From Akkermansiaceae bacterium (GTDB taxonomy: Bacteria; Verrucomicrobiota; Verrucomicrobiia; Verrucomicrobiales; Akkermansiaceae): 64,000 nucleotides of DNA. The stretch lies in assembly GCA_051251915.1 (NCBI GenBank), contig JBPOGF010000009.1, positions 1 to 64,000 on the forward strand. The letters run 5' to 3'. This document shows positions 9,482 to 20,169 of this stretch, piece by piece. Both the position numbers and the translations under genes were made by a program. The number at the start of each line of letters is the position of its first letter. Positions within the stretch are counted from its first letter, which is position 1. The notes beneath the pieces are model-generated. The model saw nothing but the letters and a program-made list of their open reading frames with translations, was not told the DNA's origin and made no database searches.

Positions 9482-10729
9482 CTACCGTCCACTCAGATCT
9501 AACGCAAAGCGAATGCCCTTCGCTTTGTGTAATGTCTCCTCATACTCAGCAACTGCATCTGAATCAGCTACTATCCCTGCACCCACATGGTAGTGCAAAA
9601 TATCGTCCTCACGAACTAGCGTCCGTATCACAATATTAAACTGACTCACCTGGTTAAACCCAATATAACCGACCGCCCCCGTATAGAGTCCGCGCGCCTC
9701 AGTTTCTAACTCAGCGATGATCTCCATTGCACGCTTCTTAGGCGCACCAGTAATACTCCCCCCAGGAAAACATTCCTCCAAAACCTGCCAGTGATCCACA
9801 CCATCTCTAAGCTCACCAGACACTCTAGAAACCAAGTGATAAACATGTTCCAGCTTCTCAAGCTTCAACATCTCATCCACCTTCACACTTCCAAACTCAC
9901 AAACCCTCCCCAGATCATTACGCTCTAAATCCGTAATCATCACCAACTCAGCCCGCTCCTTCGCTGACTCCATAAGCTCCTTCGCAGAGTCTTTATCTAA
10001 CTCCTCATCTTCATACCTCGGACGCGTCCCCTTAATCGGACGCGTTTCTACTCTCCGACCATCCATCTTCAAAAATGTCTCAGGCGATGAAGAAAGTACC
10101 TCTCTATTCGCAAAACTCATATAAGCGGACATCGGAGCCGGAGCCACCGTCCTCAGAGAATCATACAAAGAGAACAACGACCCAGACTTCACTTTAGCAC
10201 TAAATTTCTGAGTCAAATTCACCTGATATATATCCCCCGCTCGAATATAATCCTGTACCCGCTTCACCCCTGATATATAAGCATCCCTCTCAGTATGCGC
10301 AGTAAAATCACCAATCTCAAAATCAAGCAATTCATTATCTAAAACTCTACTCGATAGATCACCAATCTCATACCATTGCTCACGATCATGCATGTAAAAC
10401 AAACAAGACTCATAAATCCCAAAACAAAACTCCCCACTATAATCCACCCAGCCAAATGCACCACCAAAAGGACAACTCACCAAGTCCTCACCTTCAAACT
10501 TAACCTCATACCCTACCATCTCAGACCTTATCTCTGAAAAATCACACCCCTCCCCCTTGATCACCTTAACCGGATCTGCAGCAATAATCGAAACCGCATT
10601 CTCATAATTCTCTGGCAAATTCCCCGAGCTATCAAAAAAGACTACCCCCTCCAAATGCGACAGCTTACGAGCCACCTCAACAGGTAGCATCTCCAACGTA
10701 ATCTCTCTACAAATAAGCTCCTTCATCAC
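9482..10729 (-). CDS. pabB: Aminodeoxychorismate synthase component I (PabB/TrpE chorismate-binding family)
   Basis: Contains GDIYQVNL, SSSPETF, PIKGTRPR, MITDLERNDLG and FPGGSITGAPK. Confidence 0.8.
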   Translation of the reverse strand: MMKELICREITLEMLPVEVARKLSHLEGVVFFDSSGNLPENYENAVSIIAADPVKVIKGEGCDFSEIRSEMVGYEVKFEGEDLVSCPFGGAFGWVDYSGEFCFGIYESCLFYMHDREQWYEIGDLSSRVLDNELLDFEIGDFTAHTERDAYISGVKRVQDYIRAGDIYQVNLTQKFSAKVKSGSLFSLYDSLRTVAPAPMSAYMSFANREVLSSSPETFLKMDGRRVETRPIKGTRPRYEDEELDKDSAKELMESAKERAELVMITDLERNDLGRVCEFGSVKVDEMLKLEKLEHVYHLVSRVSGELRDGVDHWQVLEECFPGGSITGAPKKRAMEIIAELETEARGLYTGAVGYIGFNQVSQFNIVIRTLVREDDILHYHVGAGIVADSDAVAEYEETLHKAKGIRFALDLSGR

Positions 10730-10741
10730 CCCACACCTTAG

Positions 10742-11848
10742 TCAATACCGCTCAGGATTCTGCTCCCTCTGATAATCAATCCTATCCGCCAAGTTCCGAG
10801 CCTTAACACGATGATCACGCTTCGCTCTCCGCTCCACCAACATCTGCCGCTTCTTTTGACGCTTTTTCAATGCCTCTATCTCCTCATCCAACTTCAAAAA
10901 ACTTTCGTACCTCCCCACATCCAGACTCCCATCTTCCACCCCTGCACGTATCGCACATCCCTTATCCATCCCATGCTTACAGTCATGAAACTTACACTCC
11001 TTCGCTATATCCTCAATATCTGAAAAACTCTCGCGCAATGTAGTCTCATCCGTCCACATCTGCACCTCCCTAATCCCAGGATTATCAATCAAAATCCCAC
11101 CCCCATCAAGAACCATCAACTCCCTCGCAGTCGTAGTATGCCTACCCTTCCCCGTCACCTCATTCACATCACTCGTCCACTGCCATTCTTCCCCCAGCAA
11201 TTGATTCACCAAAGTCGATTTCCCAACCCCACTAGATCCCACAAGCGTAATACTCACCCCCTTCTGGAGATAAGTTTTCAGCACCTCCAACCCCTCATTC
11301 TTCACCGCACTCGTAATAAATACATCAGCACCCTTACTAAGTTCAGAAATTTCATCCCGAGCCTCCTCATTCACATCATCAGGAAAAAGATCGCTCTTAT
11401 TGACCAATACCACAGCCTTAGCTCGACTCCTCTCAATCAACATAAAATACCGCTCCATCCGCCGAGGATTAAAATCTGATCCCGCATCAGTCACCACAAC
11501 AACAACACTCACATTCGCCGCCATCACCTGCTCCTCACTGCTTTTACCAGGAAGTTTTCTTGAAAAACATGTCTGCCTAGAAAGCCGCGCCCTAATCACA
11601 GACTCCTCACCTTCTCCCCCCACATCCAACGCCACCCAATCCCCAACCGCTGGAAGAGCAGCATCAGACTCCGCATCATGATAAACCTTACCTCCCATGA
11701 TGACCTCAAGTTCATCCCCCCCTTCCAACAACGCCCCATAGGTAATCTTATTATCACGGATCAGCCTAGCTGGAACCCACCCCTTAGCAGCCAGAGGTTT
11801 AAACTCTGCGGCAAAATCCACATTCCATCCTATATCTTCTAACGTCAT
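10742..11848 (-). CDS. rsgA: Ribosome small subunit-dependent GTPase A
   Basis: Circularly permuted GTPase: NKSD, GSSGVGKST, GRHTTT, DNPG and CKFHDCKH zinc finger; start set at MTLEDIGW. Confidence 0.93.
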   Translation of the reverse strand: MTLEDIGWNVDFAAEFKPLAAKGWVPARLIRDNKITYGALLEGGDELEVIMGGKVYHDAESDAALPAVGDWVALDVGGEGEESVIRARLSRQTCFSRKLPGKSSEEQVMAANVSVVVVVTDAGSDFNPRRMERYFMLIERSRAKAVVLVNKSDLFPDDVNEEARDEISELSKGADVFITSAVKNEGLEVLKTYLQKGVSITLVGSSGVGKSTLVNQLLGEEWQWTSDVNEVTGKGRHTTTARELMVLDGGGILIDNPGIREVQMWTDETTLRESFSDIEDIAKECKFHDCKHGMDKGCAIRAGVEDGSLDVGRYESFLKLDEEIEALKKRQKKRQMLVERRAKRDHRVKARNLADRIDYQREQNPERY

Positions 11849-11864
11849 CTGCACAAACCCTAAC

Positions 11865-13001
11865 CTAATCAGCTGAAAAAACAATAGATTCCACAACCTC
11901 AACCAACTTTGACCGAGACAACTTCCCCATCTCATTCCGTGGAAACTCCCCCACAACCACCGCCCCCTCTAACCGTTCGAGCCCACCCCACCCCAAATCA
12001 CGAATACGGTCAACAAGCAAACCATCAACTACCACTGGAAACAACCTCACCCCCCGCCGCTCATCAGCCAAACCCACAACATAAACCTCCCCCCCTATTA
12101 CCTCCTTCAACCTAATTTCTAAAGCAGAAACATTCACCAACTCACCTAAAATCTTAACCTGCTGATCACTACGCCCCAAAAACCTAATTCCCACCCCTTC
12201 ATCCTTCTCCAACAACTCCACACGATCACTCGTCCTAAACCAACCATCAACCTTGGGATCCACCATCTCAAAACCACCCGAGCCGCCAACCAAATACCCC
12301 TCCAACAAACATTCCCCCTTAACCTCCAACACCCCCTCATCAGCCAAACGCACCTCCCACCCATCAATCAAATCCAAATACCCCTCCTCAACGAACTGAC
12401 CAGTCGCAATCTGTGAACCAGTCTCAGTCATCCCATAACTCCCACTCACCGGCCACCCCAACTCCCTAGCCCTAACACGCACACCAGGATCCAAACTCCC
12501 CCCACCCACAACAACAACCCTCACACACTCCGGACACCGAAAACCACCACTCACAATATCCACCACCTGAGTAGGCACCAAAGAAACAACACTAACCCTA
12601 TTCTGCTCCAAAAAACCAACAAAACTCTTAACAGACCACTTCCCCCCCATAATCACAACCTTAGCCCCACTCACTAACCCACGCGCAACAACACCTAATC
12701 CCCCCACATGATAAACAGGCAACACCACCCCAAAAACATCATCCACTGTCACCCCAAGATGATCATTCACCAGCGACGCATGCCTAAGCAAGCCCTTCTT
12801 AGAATGAACCACCCACTTCGCCTCACCAGAACTCCCTGAAGTCTTAATCAAAAAACACGACCCACACACCTCCATCAAATTACCCGTTAACCCTAACTCA
12901 ACCACAGGCGAAACTCCATTTTCCGCAGACAAACAATACCCCTCATCATCTTCAAATCTATCCAGCCACAATGCTCTATCAAAAAAACTCTCCCTTTCCA
13001 T
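11865..13001 (-). CDS. AMP-binding enzyme, o-succinylbenzoate-CoA ligase (MenE)-like
   Basis: Contains TSGSSGEAK, LPVYHVGG, SLVPTQ, SYGMTETGSQ, WFRTSD and GRSDQQVKILGE. Confidence 0.75.
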   Translation of the reverse strand: MERESFFDRALWLDRFEDDEGYCLSAENGVSPVVELGLTGNLMEVCGSCFLIKTSGSSGEAKWVVHSKKGLLRHASLVNDHLGVTVDDVFGVVLPVYHVGGLGVVARGLVSGAKVVIMGGKWSVKSFVGFLEQNRVSVVSLVPTQVVDIVSGGFRCPECVRVVVVGGGSLDPGVRVRARELGWPVSGSYGMTETGSQIATGQFVEEGYLDLIDGWEVRLADEGVLEVKGECLLEGYLVGGSGGFEMVDPKVDGWFRTSDRVELLEKDEGVGIRFLGRSDQQVKILGELVNVSALEIRLKEVIGGEVYVVGLADERRGVRLFPVVVDGLLVDRIRDLGWGGLERLEGAVVVGEFPRNEMGKLSRSKLVEVVESIVFSAD

Positions 13002-13019
13002 ACCCCTACTATACCCAAC

Positions 13020-13054
13020 AAAAAAGCCGATAAGCAACCACGCTTATCAGCTTT
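13020..13054 (-). terminator. Intrinsic terminator after the EPS export operon
   Basis: On the minus strand AAAGCTGATAAGC-loop-GCTTATCGGCTTT followed by a T-run. Confidence 0.75.
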
Positions 13055-13084
13055 AAAAAGTTAAAATCTATTTATGCACAAAAC

Positions 13085-13681
13085 CTACTTACCAATCACC
13101 CGCTTTGTCCTCAAAGTAATCTGATCCATAGGATAAACCCTCTCATTCTTATGAGCCTCTATCTTCATATCATATTTATAAACCTTCCCATGCCTCAATA
13201 ACTCAACTCGGTTTAATGCTACAACAGCTTTAGGTCGAGCAAGAGATACCACGTGAAACAAAGTAAAGCCAGGGCCATAAACCTGTGGTCCCGCTCTATC
13301 TACCTGGCCAGAAACGGTAAGATATCTTTTACTCACATGCCCACAACCTGGACCACAAGAGGTCTTTCTAACAATTTGTTTTGTTACAGAAATTGCAGCT
13401 GCAGTATAAATCTCCGCTTCCTGATAAATTCTCTCAATATTTTTTGCTATAATTCCAGCACTCAACCCCTCAGCCTTAATTGGCGATTTGCTAATATAAG
13501 GTAAATACAACTCACCCTTCGAATTCACCTGGTAATTACCATTAATCTGAGCCTGATCCTCTGGAGGCACTCCTCTAATGGCAATAACCAACGTATCGCC
13601 TTTCTCAACCTTCACACTATCCACTACCGTAGCACAAAGCACAGTAGTGAAAAATAGTGAACTAAGGAAAAGAAGTTTCAT
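13085..13681 (-). CDS. Short polysaccharide export (OPX/Wza-like) protein, paralogue 2
   Basis: Poly_export pattern (GDTL.I...YQVNSKGELYLPY...AEGLS) plus SLBB domain (TVSGQVDRAG). Confidence 0.85.
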   Translation of the reverse strand: MKLLFLSSLFFTTVLCATVVDSVKVEKGDTLVIAIRGVPPEDQAQINGNYQVNSKGELYLPYISKSPIKAEGLSAGIIAKNIERIYQEAEIYTAAAISVTKQIVRKTSCGPGCGHVSKRYLTVSGQVDRAGPQVYGPGFTLFHVVSLARPKAVVALNRVELLRHGKVYKYDMKIEAHKNERVYPMDQITLRTKRVIGK

Positions 13682-13701
13682 ACCGAAACCTTAAATAAGA
13701 A

Positions 13702-14289
13702 TTACTGACCTCTCCAGTTCTTCTCTTTCAGAGTAACCTGATCATTCGGATATACCTTCTCAATCATGTGAGCAGGTACCTTCATATTATATTTGTAGAT
13801 CTTGCCATTCCTTAGCAACTCCACGCGGTTTTGAGCTGCAAATGTAGTAGGACCAGCAGCAGAAACCACATCAATCAGTCTCATCCCAGGTCGATATTGC
13901 TGAGGTCCAGGGCGACCCACTTGGCCAGAAATAGTCACAAACTTTTGAATCGTTTGAGTATTCACTTGCTCCTTCTCTTTCTCCCTCGCTCTCATCTCCT
14001 CCATACTCCGAATAGATATAGCAGGCGTAGTGTAAATCTGAGCATTTTTATAAGCAGATTCAATCTTTCTAGCCACAGAAGCGGTTGTTAGACCATAAAC
14101 ATTGACTGGCTGATTAGATAAATACGGCAAATGGATAGTCCCATTAGTTGATACCTGATAGTTTCCATTGATCTGAGCCTGCTCCTCCTGAGGAACTCCT
14201 CTGATTTCAATCACGAGAGTGTCTCCCTTAGTAATTTTTGCATGAGCAAATGATGCTAACATCAGTGATAATAGTAGTAATAGTTTCAT
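13702..14289 (-). CDS. Short polysaccharide export (OPX/Wza-like) protein, paralogue 1
   Basis: Same architecture; signal peptide ending AHA; clearly paralogous to 13085-13681. Confidence 0.85.
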   Translation of the reverse strand: MKLLLLLSLMLASFAHAKITKGDTLVIEIRGVPQEEQAQINGNYQVSTNGTIHLPYLSNQPVNVYGLTTASVARKIESAYKNAQIYTTPAISIRSMEEMRAREKEKEQVNTQTIQKFVTISGQVGRPGPQQYRPGMRLIDVVSAAGPTTFAAQNRVELLRNGKIYKYNMKVPAHMIEKVYPNDQVTLKEKNWRGQ

Positions 14290-14324
14290 AATTTTATATT
14301 CTATTTGTATTTTTGGGTTCTTTG

Positions 14325-16505
14325 TTAATAGAGATCATCGTCATTCGCAGCAGTCGTATCGGATGATTTCTTTTCTATTCTTTCTGGCATTTCGACTGCG
14401 TTGGCAGATGTCTTATCCCTATCTATCTCAGATGGAGCATAGTAAGTGTAGTAACTTGTGTAGTACTGGTATTGACTATCACTCCTAACATCAACGTTAT
14501 TCAACACAACTCCAAGAACGGTGCCGCCAACATTTTCAACAGCCTGCTTAACTCTCATGAGCATGTTTCTAGGTAATTTACGATGCTGCACAACGATCAT
14601 AGTAAGATCTACTTCTGACGCTAAAACTGACGCATCACTAACTCCAAGGATTGGAGGTGAGTCAATAAGCACTAAGTCGAAACGCTGCTTAACATCCTGC
14701 ACCATCTCTGACATTCTTCTTGAGTTCAGGATACCAGCTGCATCAGCAGGAAGAATACCAGAAGGCATGAAGAAGAGGTTATCGACAGGAGTCTGAAGAA
14801 TAACATCTTCAAGCATAAGATCAGTAGTGAGGTAGTTCGTAAGTCCCACGGTATTATTAATATCAAAGAATGTGTGAAGCCTTGGTCGTCTCAAGTCAGC
14901 ATCAATCATGAGAGTAGAATAGCCACCCTGGGCACAGATATATGATAAGTTAACCAACGTAGTAGATTTACCCTCACCCGCTCCACCAGATACCACAGTA
15001 ATTGCGTTATCATCTGGATTCTTTCTGTTGAACTCAATATTAGTTCTAAGAATTCTGTAAGCCTCCGCATCAGGGCTAGCTCCAGCTTGTTTATGTAGCA
15101 CACCAACATCTCTCGGCACTACTGCGAGTACGGGCACCTGAAGGTATCTTTCCACATCCTCAAGTGACTTCACAGACGTATCCATGAACTCAAGAGCAAA
15201 CGCAATACCAACACCAAAGATTAATCCAGCTACAGCACCAAGAGCCATATTCAACGTCCAGTTAGGAGAAACATATTCCTCTACTTCTGGGGTCGTCGCA
15301 TTTTGATGAAAAACAAGAGGATCTCTTTCAAGGTTTTCACCTAATAGCTCAGAAAATTCAGCCTGCTTAATCGCATCAAGAATAGCCAACTCTCTCTCAT
15401 AATCCTCACGAACTTTTCCAAAGCGAGTTTTCTCCTCAGCACCAACCATGAGATCTCCAACCTCTTTATCAGTATCAATTCGCAATTTCTCAACATTCTG
15501 GTTAAACACCACAAGATCTTCTGCCAATTTCTTCCTTACATTCACTACTGATCTAGAAAGTCTTTCTTCAATTTCTTGTATGCTAACTCCCAAACTCTTG
15601 ATAGTTCTATGATTAGCACCTAGACCACTAGCCAAGGCAACACTCTTATTTTGCTTTAAAGCGCTCAACTGCTCATAATCAGTTTTAAGAACAGCAGCTT
15701 CAGGCCTCCCTGAAGCGATAAGCGTTACCATCATGTCTTCATCACTCAGCCCGTTTAGAGAATTCACAAATGACTCCAGTTGATCTTTAGTTCTCTTAGC
15801 TTCCTCATATGCTTGATTAGCTCTATCAGACTCAGCGGCATCTGAGTCTCTACCAGCATAAAACCTACCATCTTTACCATGGTATGGAATCTGAAGTTTC
15901 TTAGATAGTGCATATAATCTAGTCCTGTGATCTTCCACTTTATCTTCTTGGACTCTTCTCTTATCTTTAAACTCATTGATAGACTCCAAGCGTCGTTTAT
16001 CCAAACCATCAGTTCTTCTCTGCCCGTAGGAGTTTGCAACCTGATTAGCAATCAGCTTAACATCTTCTCTTTTTCCATGTCTAACCGAAATTTCAATCAG
16101 ATCGGTGCCACGTTCTTGCCTAGTATTCACAATCCCCGATAGCACCCGCAAAGTATCCTTTTCACTCATGCCCCAGCGTCTAGATAGCTTAAGTTGCTCA
16201 TTTACTCTTTTAAAAGTTTCGTCTGATTCAATAATTGCGAACTGCGTTTGCAAGAATTGACGAGTCATCATAATACGATTATTATCACCTACTCCTAACG
16301 CCTCCGTTTTTGCACCGAACGGATTAATCTCCACCACTACCTTGCTCTCATACATTTTAGGCATCACATAGGTAATGACAGCGGCGGTTAATAGCACTAA
16401 CAGAAACGTCAGAATAATCATACCATATCTATTTTTGACTACTTGCCAGTAGTCAATAGCGTGTAGATTTGCCTCACTTGCATTTATATTATTGTTTGTT
16501 TGCAT
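14325..16505 (-). CDS. Wzc/GumC polysaccharide co-polymerase tyrosine autokinase
   Basis: Two TMs around a coiled-coil; EAYRILRTN; Walker A GAGEGKST; IDADLRRP; IDSPP; Tyr cluster YQYYTSYYTYY. Confidence 0.92.
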   Translation of the reverse strand: MQTNNNINASEANLHAIDYWQVVKNRYGMIILTFLLVLLTAAVITYVMPKMYESKVVVEINPFGAKTEALGVGDNNRIMMTRQFLQTQFAIIESDETFKRVNEQLKLSRRWGMSEKDTLRVLSGIVNTRQERGTDLIEISVRHGKREDVKLIANQVANSYGQRRTDGLDKRRLESINEFKDKRRVQEDKVEDHRTRLYALSKKLQIPYHGKDGRFYAGRDSDAAESDRANQAYEEAKRTKDQLESFVNSLNGLSDEDMMVTLIASGRPEAAVLKTDYEQLSALKQNKSVALASGLGANHRTIKSLGVSIQEIEERLSRSVVNVRKKLAEDLVVFNQNVEKLRIDTDKEVGDLMVGAEEKTRFGKVREDYERELAILDAIKQAEFSELLGENLERDPLVFHQNATTPEVEEYVSPNWTLNMALGAVAGLIFGVGIAFALEFMDTSVKSLEDVERYLQVPVLAVVPRDVGVLHKQAGASPDAEAYRILRTNIEFNRKNPDDNAITVVSGGAGEGKSTTLVNLSYICAQGGYSTLMIDADLRRPRLHTFFDINNTVGLTNYLTTDLMLEDVILQTPVDNLFFMPSGILPADAAGILNSRRMSEMVQDVKQRFDLVLIDSPPILGVSDASVLASEVDLTMIVVQHRKLPRNMLMRVKQAVENVGGTVLGVVLNNVDVRSDSQYQYYTSYYTYYAPSEIDRDKTSANAVEMPERIEKKSSDTTAANDDDLY

Positions 16506-16554
16506 TATATTTTTTTAGGATCTTGGATACTTGCTTGTCTATGAATACTCTCAT

Positions 16555-16592
16555 AAAAAAAGCCTTCACCATGTATTGACACGGTGAAGGCT
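16555..16592 (-). terminator. Intrinsic terminator between beta-barrel gene and wzc
   Basis: AGCCTTCACC...GGTGAAGGCT stem followed by a T-run on the minus strand. Confidence 0.75.
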
Positions 16593-16619
16593 AAAACGTT
16601 CAGATATTTCGATAGTTTT

Positions 16620-17777
16620 TTAGAATGCGTAGTTTACACCAACTTCATAACGATTACGATCGTATTCTCTGTTAGGAATATTTGTCGCGTCAGACGTTGA
16701 GTGGTTAGCTGATGCTCTTACAGAAAGGGCATCGTTGATTTTGTAGGTAGCACCTACATAGATATTGAACAGATCCCAATCACCATCTGGTGAGAATGAA
16801 GCTTCTTTATAATCTGACATAGTGTAGTTTCCACCAATAGTAAGAGTTACTTGAGGAGATAGTGTGTAGTCAGCAGCTGCACCAATACGTAGCGTAGTCT
16901 TATCCTCGTATCTATCACCGAAAAATATAGTATCAGTGTCTTCTTGTGAATAACGCGCAAATACTCTTGCTCTAAGCTGAGTGTTAACCTGATTATTGTA
17001 GCTAAAACTACCATAAGCAGATGTTTGATCTCCAAACTGTGCCCCTACTTCTGCAACTACTGTAGAAGCGTCAGTAAGTCTGTGTTCGAAACCAACACTT
17101 GTGGTCACACGATCAGAATCATCTGAGTTGTAATCTGACATTGTATAACGGACATTTGCTGTTAGTGTAGTCTGCTCGTTGAGAGTATAACGAAACTGAT
17201 TGTAGATAGCTAGGCTATCAACATCACTAGCACTTCCATCGTAGTCGAGCATTGAGAATGCAATACCTGTATATGTAGCAAAACGATCTGTCCAACGATA
17301 CCCGATGGCATTGTCAGTTGAAAAATAAGTATACTCCTCAACTTGACGTGATGTGATTGGACCGTAGAAGTTACCCAAATCTAAACCATAGTTGAAGAAA
17401 TTACGGCTAACAAAGCGCGTTCTATCGTTAATTCTATGATTAAGATTGAAAGCAACGTTACCATTGTAAATAGTATCATCAGTAGTGACATCATCAAAAT
17501 AATTAGTTACTCCTAGATTTGCGTTTAAATCCCAAGATGTTTGCTCACCGCGAACAACTAGGTTGGCACCTAGACTACCTTTGATGTATGAAGAGCTGTC
17601 TTCAGGACCTGCTGTAGTAGGGTTAACATTATCGTCATAACCAAACGAAACACCTGCTGTGTATCTGAGTGGAGATGATTCGTCATCTGATTCATTCGGG
17701 TTTACGTCGAACAAACCCTGAGCACTAGCGACTCCACTTAATAGAGTAGCCGCTGCTGTGTATTTAATAAAATTCAT
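16620..17777 (-). CDS. Outer-membrane beta-barrel protein (EPS-export associated)
   Basis: Signal peptide, alternating amphipathic strands, C-terminal VGVNYAF; upstream of wzc. Confidence 0.8.
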   Translation of the reverse strand: MNFIKYTAAATLLSGVASAQGLFDVNPNESDDESSPLRYTAGVSFGYDDNVNPTTAGPEDSSSYIKGSLGANLVVRGEQTSWDLNANLGVTNYFDDVTTDDTIYNGNVAFNLNHRINDRTRFVSRNFFNYGLDLGNFYGPITSRQVEEYTYFSTDNAIGYRWTDRFATYTGIAFSMLDYDGSASDVDSLAIYNQFRYTLNEQTTLTANVRYTMSDYNSDDSDRVTTSVGFEHRLTDASTVVAEVGAQFGDQTSAYGSFSYNNQVNTQLRARVFARYSQEDTDTIFFGDRYEDKTTLRIGAAADYTLSPQVTLTIGGNYTMSDYKEASFSPDGDWDLFNIYVGATYKINDALSVRASANHSTSDATNIPNREYDRNRYEVGVNYAF

Positions 17778-17818
17778 ATTTTTATATAAGGTTTTAGTTG
17801 GTTAGAGGTTAATAGTTA

Positions 17819-18373
17819 TTAAGGCTGAGAATATGGATCACCTACTGATGTCTGACTAGTATCTGCCTCTGGAATGAAAATCTGAAGCGGACTGAAATTA
17901 CCTGTAGCATCTAAGCCTATGAAATCAAGTGGTTCGAATTTAGCAATTCTCTTTGGTGGCTCGCCACCGCTTTCTTTAGCAGAATAACCACCCTTTGCAG
18001 AATAGCTCTCACCAGTCCCTTTGGCGTATTTAGCTGAAACTTCCATTACTTCTGCATGTGCATCAGGTGCTACAGCAAGAGCGCAAGTAGTAATAAGAGA
18101 TACTTTACCTGGAGCTGACTCGATAGCTTGCTCTACAATTTGAGCAACTAGCTTTTTGTCCGCTTCAGTAACTACAATAGCTGCTTTAACGATTTCACAT
18201 GCGCAAGCCTCGTTAGCAGCGATTTGCTGAGAAACAATAGTAAGAACATGTTTAGGTTTAGCGGAAATCTCTTTAGCCGCTGATTTTGAGATTGCATAGC
18301 AATCTGCTGCGCTAGCCACTGGGGCTGTTGCAAGAAGAGCACCTACAAGTGCGAATTTTAGTGTATTTTTCAT
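17819..18373 (-). CDS. Exported Ala-rich helical hypothetical protein
   Basis: Signal peptide (ASA|A), helical Ala/Ile repeats with Cys, low-complexity tail. Confidence 0.7.
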   Translation of the reverse strand: MKNTLKFALVGALLATAPVASAADCYAISKSAAKEISAKPKHVLTIVSQQIAANEACACEIVKAAIVVTEADKKLVAQIVEQAIESAPGKVSLITTCALAVAPDAHAEVMEVSAKYAKGTGESYSAKGGYSAKESGGEPPKRIAKFEPLDFIGLDATGNFSPLQIFIPEADTSQTSVGDPYSQP

Positions 18374-18605
18374 AATAATATTTTTGGGTGAACGTTAGTT
18401 ATTATTCTATCGAAGTATCTGCATCTTATTATTTAAATCAATACCGCCTAGAATTAATTGAATCTAGAAATATTGCCCTAATATGCGTCTACATTTATGA
18501 TTATTCAGATTTTATGCCCTTAGGCAACTATTTTTTATTTTTCACACCTCAGTTTTCTTTTTTAATCTTGTGAACTCACTGCATAAATCATTCAAATCCT
18601 TACTA

Positions 18606-19364
18606 CTAAAGCCCTGTGGGATGATCAACATAGCAACCACATAGTAGACACTTTTCTTCCAAACGCTCCATTAACTTAAGAACTCCAAAGGTTTCTGTAG
18701 CATAATGACCTCCATAAATAACATTCACCCCCAACTCCTCTGCCAATGGGTAACTCCAGTGAGGACCTTCTCCGGTTACAAATGTATCAATCCCAGCATC
18801 GGCCATGGCCTGCACTTCTGAGCCCGCCCCACCAGTAATCACCCCCACCATCCCCACAGTTTCAGCCCCCCTACCTGGACAGACATTCACCTCACCCCCT
18901 ACTGCATTTTCAACGCGCCCCACCAATTCCTCCAAACTCAATTCCATATGTTGCTTACGCCCCATCAAAATTCCCTTCCACGGATGAAATTCTTCAGTTT
19001 CATCCATTCCTAGTCTTTCAGCAAGCAGAACGTTATTACCCCATTTTCCATGAATATCTAGAGGGATATGCGCGCTATACACAGCCATATTAGCATCCAT
19101 TGCCATCTTGAGCTTTTCATATTGAGCTCCCACTACCCTCTGCGCCCCTTGCCAAAACATCCCATGATGCACCACAAGCAAATCAGCACCCTCCTCAATC
19201 GCTTTTTTAAATACCGGCAATGACGCATCTACAGCAGCAGCCACTTTCGCAACCCTACCATCATTAGCCAACTGCAACCCATTCATAGCACCTGGATAAT
19301 CTGGCACCTCCGCAATACGTAACTCAGCATCTAAATATGCTACTATTTCTTTTAATTCTACCAT
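18606..19364 (-). CDS. Nif3/YbgI-like dinuclear metal-centre protein
   Basis: Contains NGLQ, VDAS, HHGMFW, HIPLD.H...GNN, TGEG and GGHYATETFG. Confidence 0.92.
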   Translation of the reverse strand: MVELKEIVAYLDAELRIAEVPDYPGAMNGLQLANDGRVAKVAAAVDASLPVFKKAIEEGADLLVVHHGMFWQGAQRVVGAQYEKLKMAMDANMAVYSAHIPLDIHGKWGNNVLLAERLGMDETEEFHPWKGILMGRKQHMELSLEELVGRVENAVGGEVNVCPGRGAETVGMVGVITGGAGSEVQAMADAGIDTFVTGEGPHWSYPLAEELGVNVIYGGHYATETFGVLKLMERLEEKCLLCGCYVDHPTGL

Positions 19365-19374
19365 AATATTCACT

Positions 19375-20169
19375 TTAAACGACCATACCAACACTCCCAG
19401 CTCCACTAATCAAACCCTCAATATCACTCGCTAAATCCACACACCACTCGCATTCACGCCCGCCCATGCTCAATTTCATCCTAGATGCATGCAACGCATG
19501 CCTTGGTAGCACCAATTCACGCAACATCTCATCACTCATCCCATCCTCAATAAATTTCAAATACACCTCCTCAACCCCATAAATCTTATCCCCCACTATA
19601 GGATGACCTACATATTCAGCATGTACTCTAATCTGATGCATCCTCCCCGTATGAGGACTCACACGCAATAAACTCATCTTCTTACCACCAACTATCAGCC
19701 TCCTCACTACACGCATCCCCGTTACACACCGCTTCCCCCCCTCGTGCACCATCTGTTTCACATAAATCCTACTCTCCTCCACATCACCTTTTCGCAATAT
19801 AGCAGCATCCACAACCTTCTCATCCCACTCCGGAAAGCCCCAAACCAAAGCATCGTAACCCTTCTCTACCTCCCGTCGCTCCATAGATCTCCCCAACTCC
19901 CTAGCCACCCCCTTATTAGTAGCCATCAACACCAATCCACTCGTCTCCCTATCAAGCCTATTAATAATGCTCAACCTTGCCCCATTAGCTATTTCATAAG
20001 ATAGCAAATTCTCCACACCGCCTAACAAAGTAGGCTCATCCCCCCGATCATTCGCCGGATGGACAATCAATGGCGCCCCCTTATTCAACATAATCCAACC
20101 ATCCCCCTCATCCACCACCGAGAAATGCTCTTGAACCGCGATCACCCCCTCTCTCGCTTTACTAACCAT
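19375..20169 (-). CDS. RluA-family pseudouridine synthase
   Basis: Contains NRLDRETSGL, TGRMHQIRVH, HPIVGDKIY and LHA motifs. Confidence 0.92.
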   Translation of the reverse strand: MVSKAREGVIAVQEHFSVVDEGDGWIMLNKGAPLIVHPANDRGDEPTLLGGVENLLSYEIANGARLSIINRLDRETSGLVLMATNKGVARELGRSMERREVEKGYDALVWGFPEWDEKVVDAAILRKGDVEESRIYVKQMVHEGGKRCVTGMRVVRRLIVGGKKMSLLRVSPHTGRMHQIRVHAEYVGHPIVGDKIYGVEEVYLKFIEDGMSDEMLRELVLPRHALHASRMKLSMGGRECEWCVDLASDIEGLISGAGSVGMVV

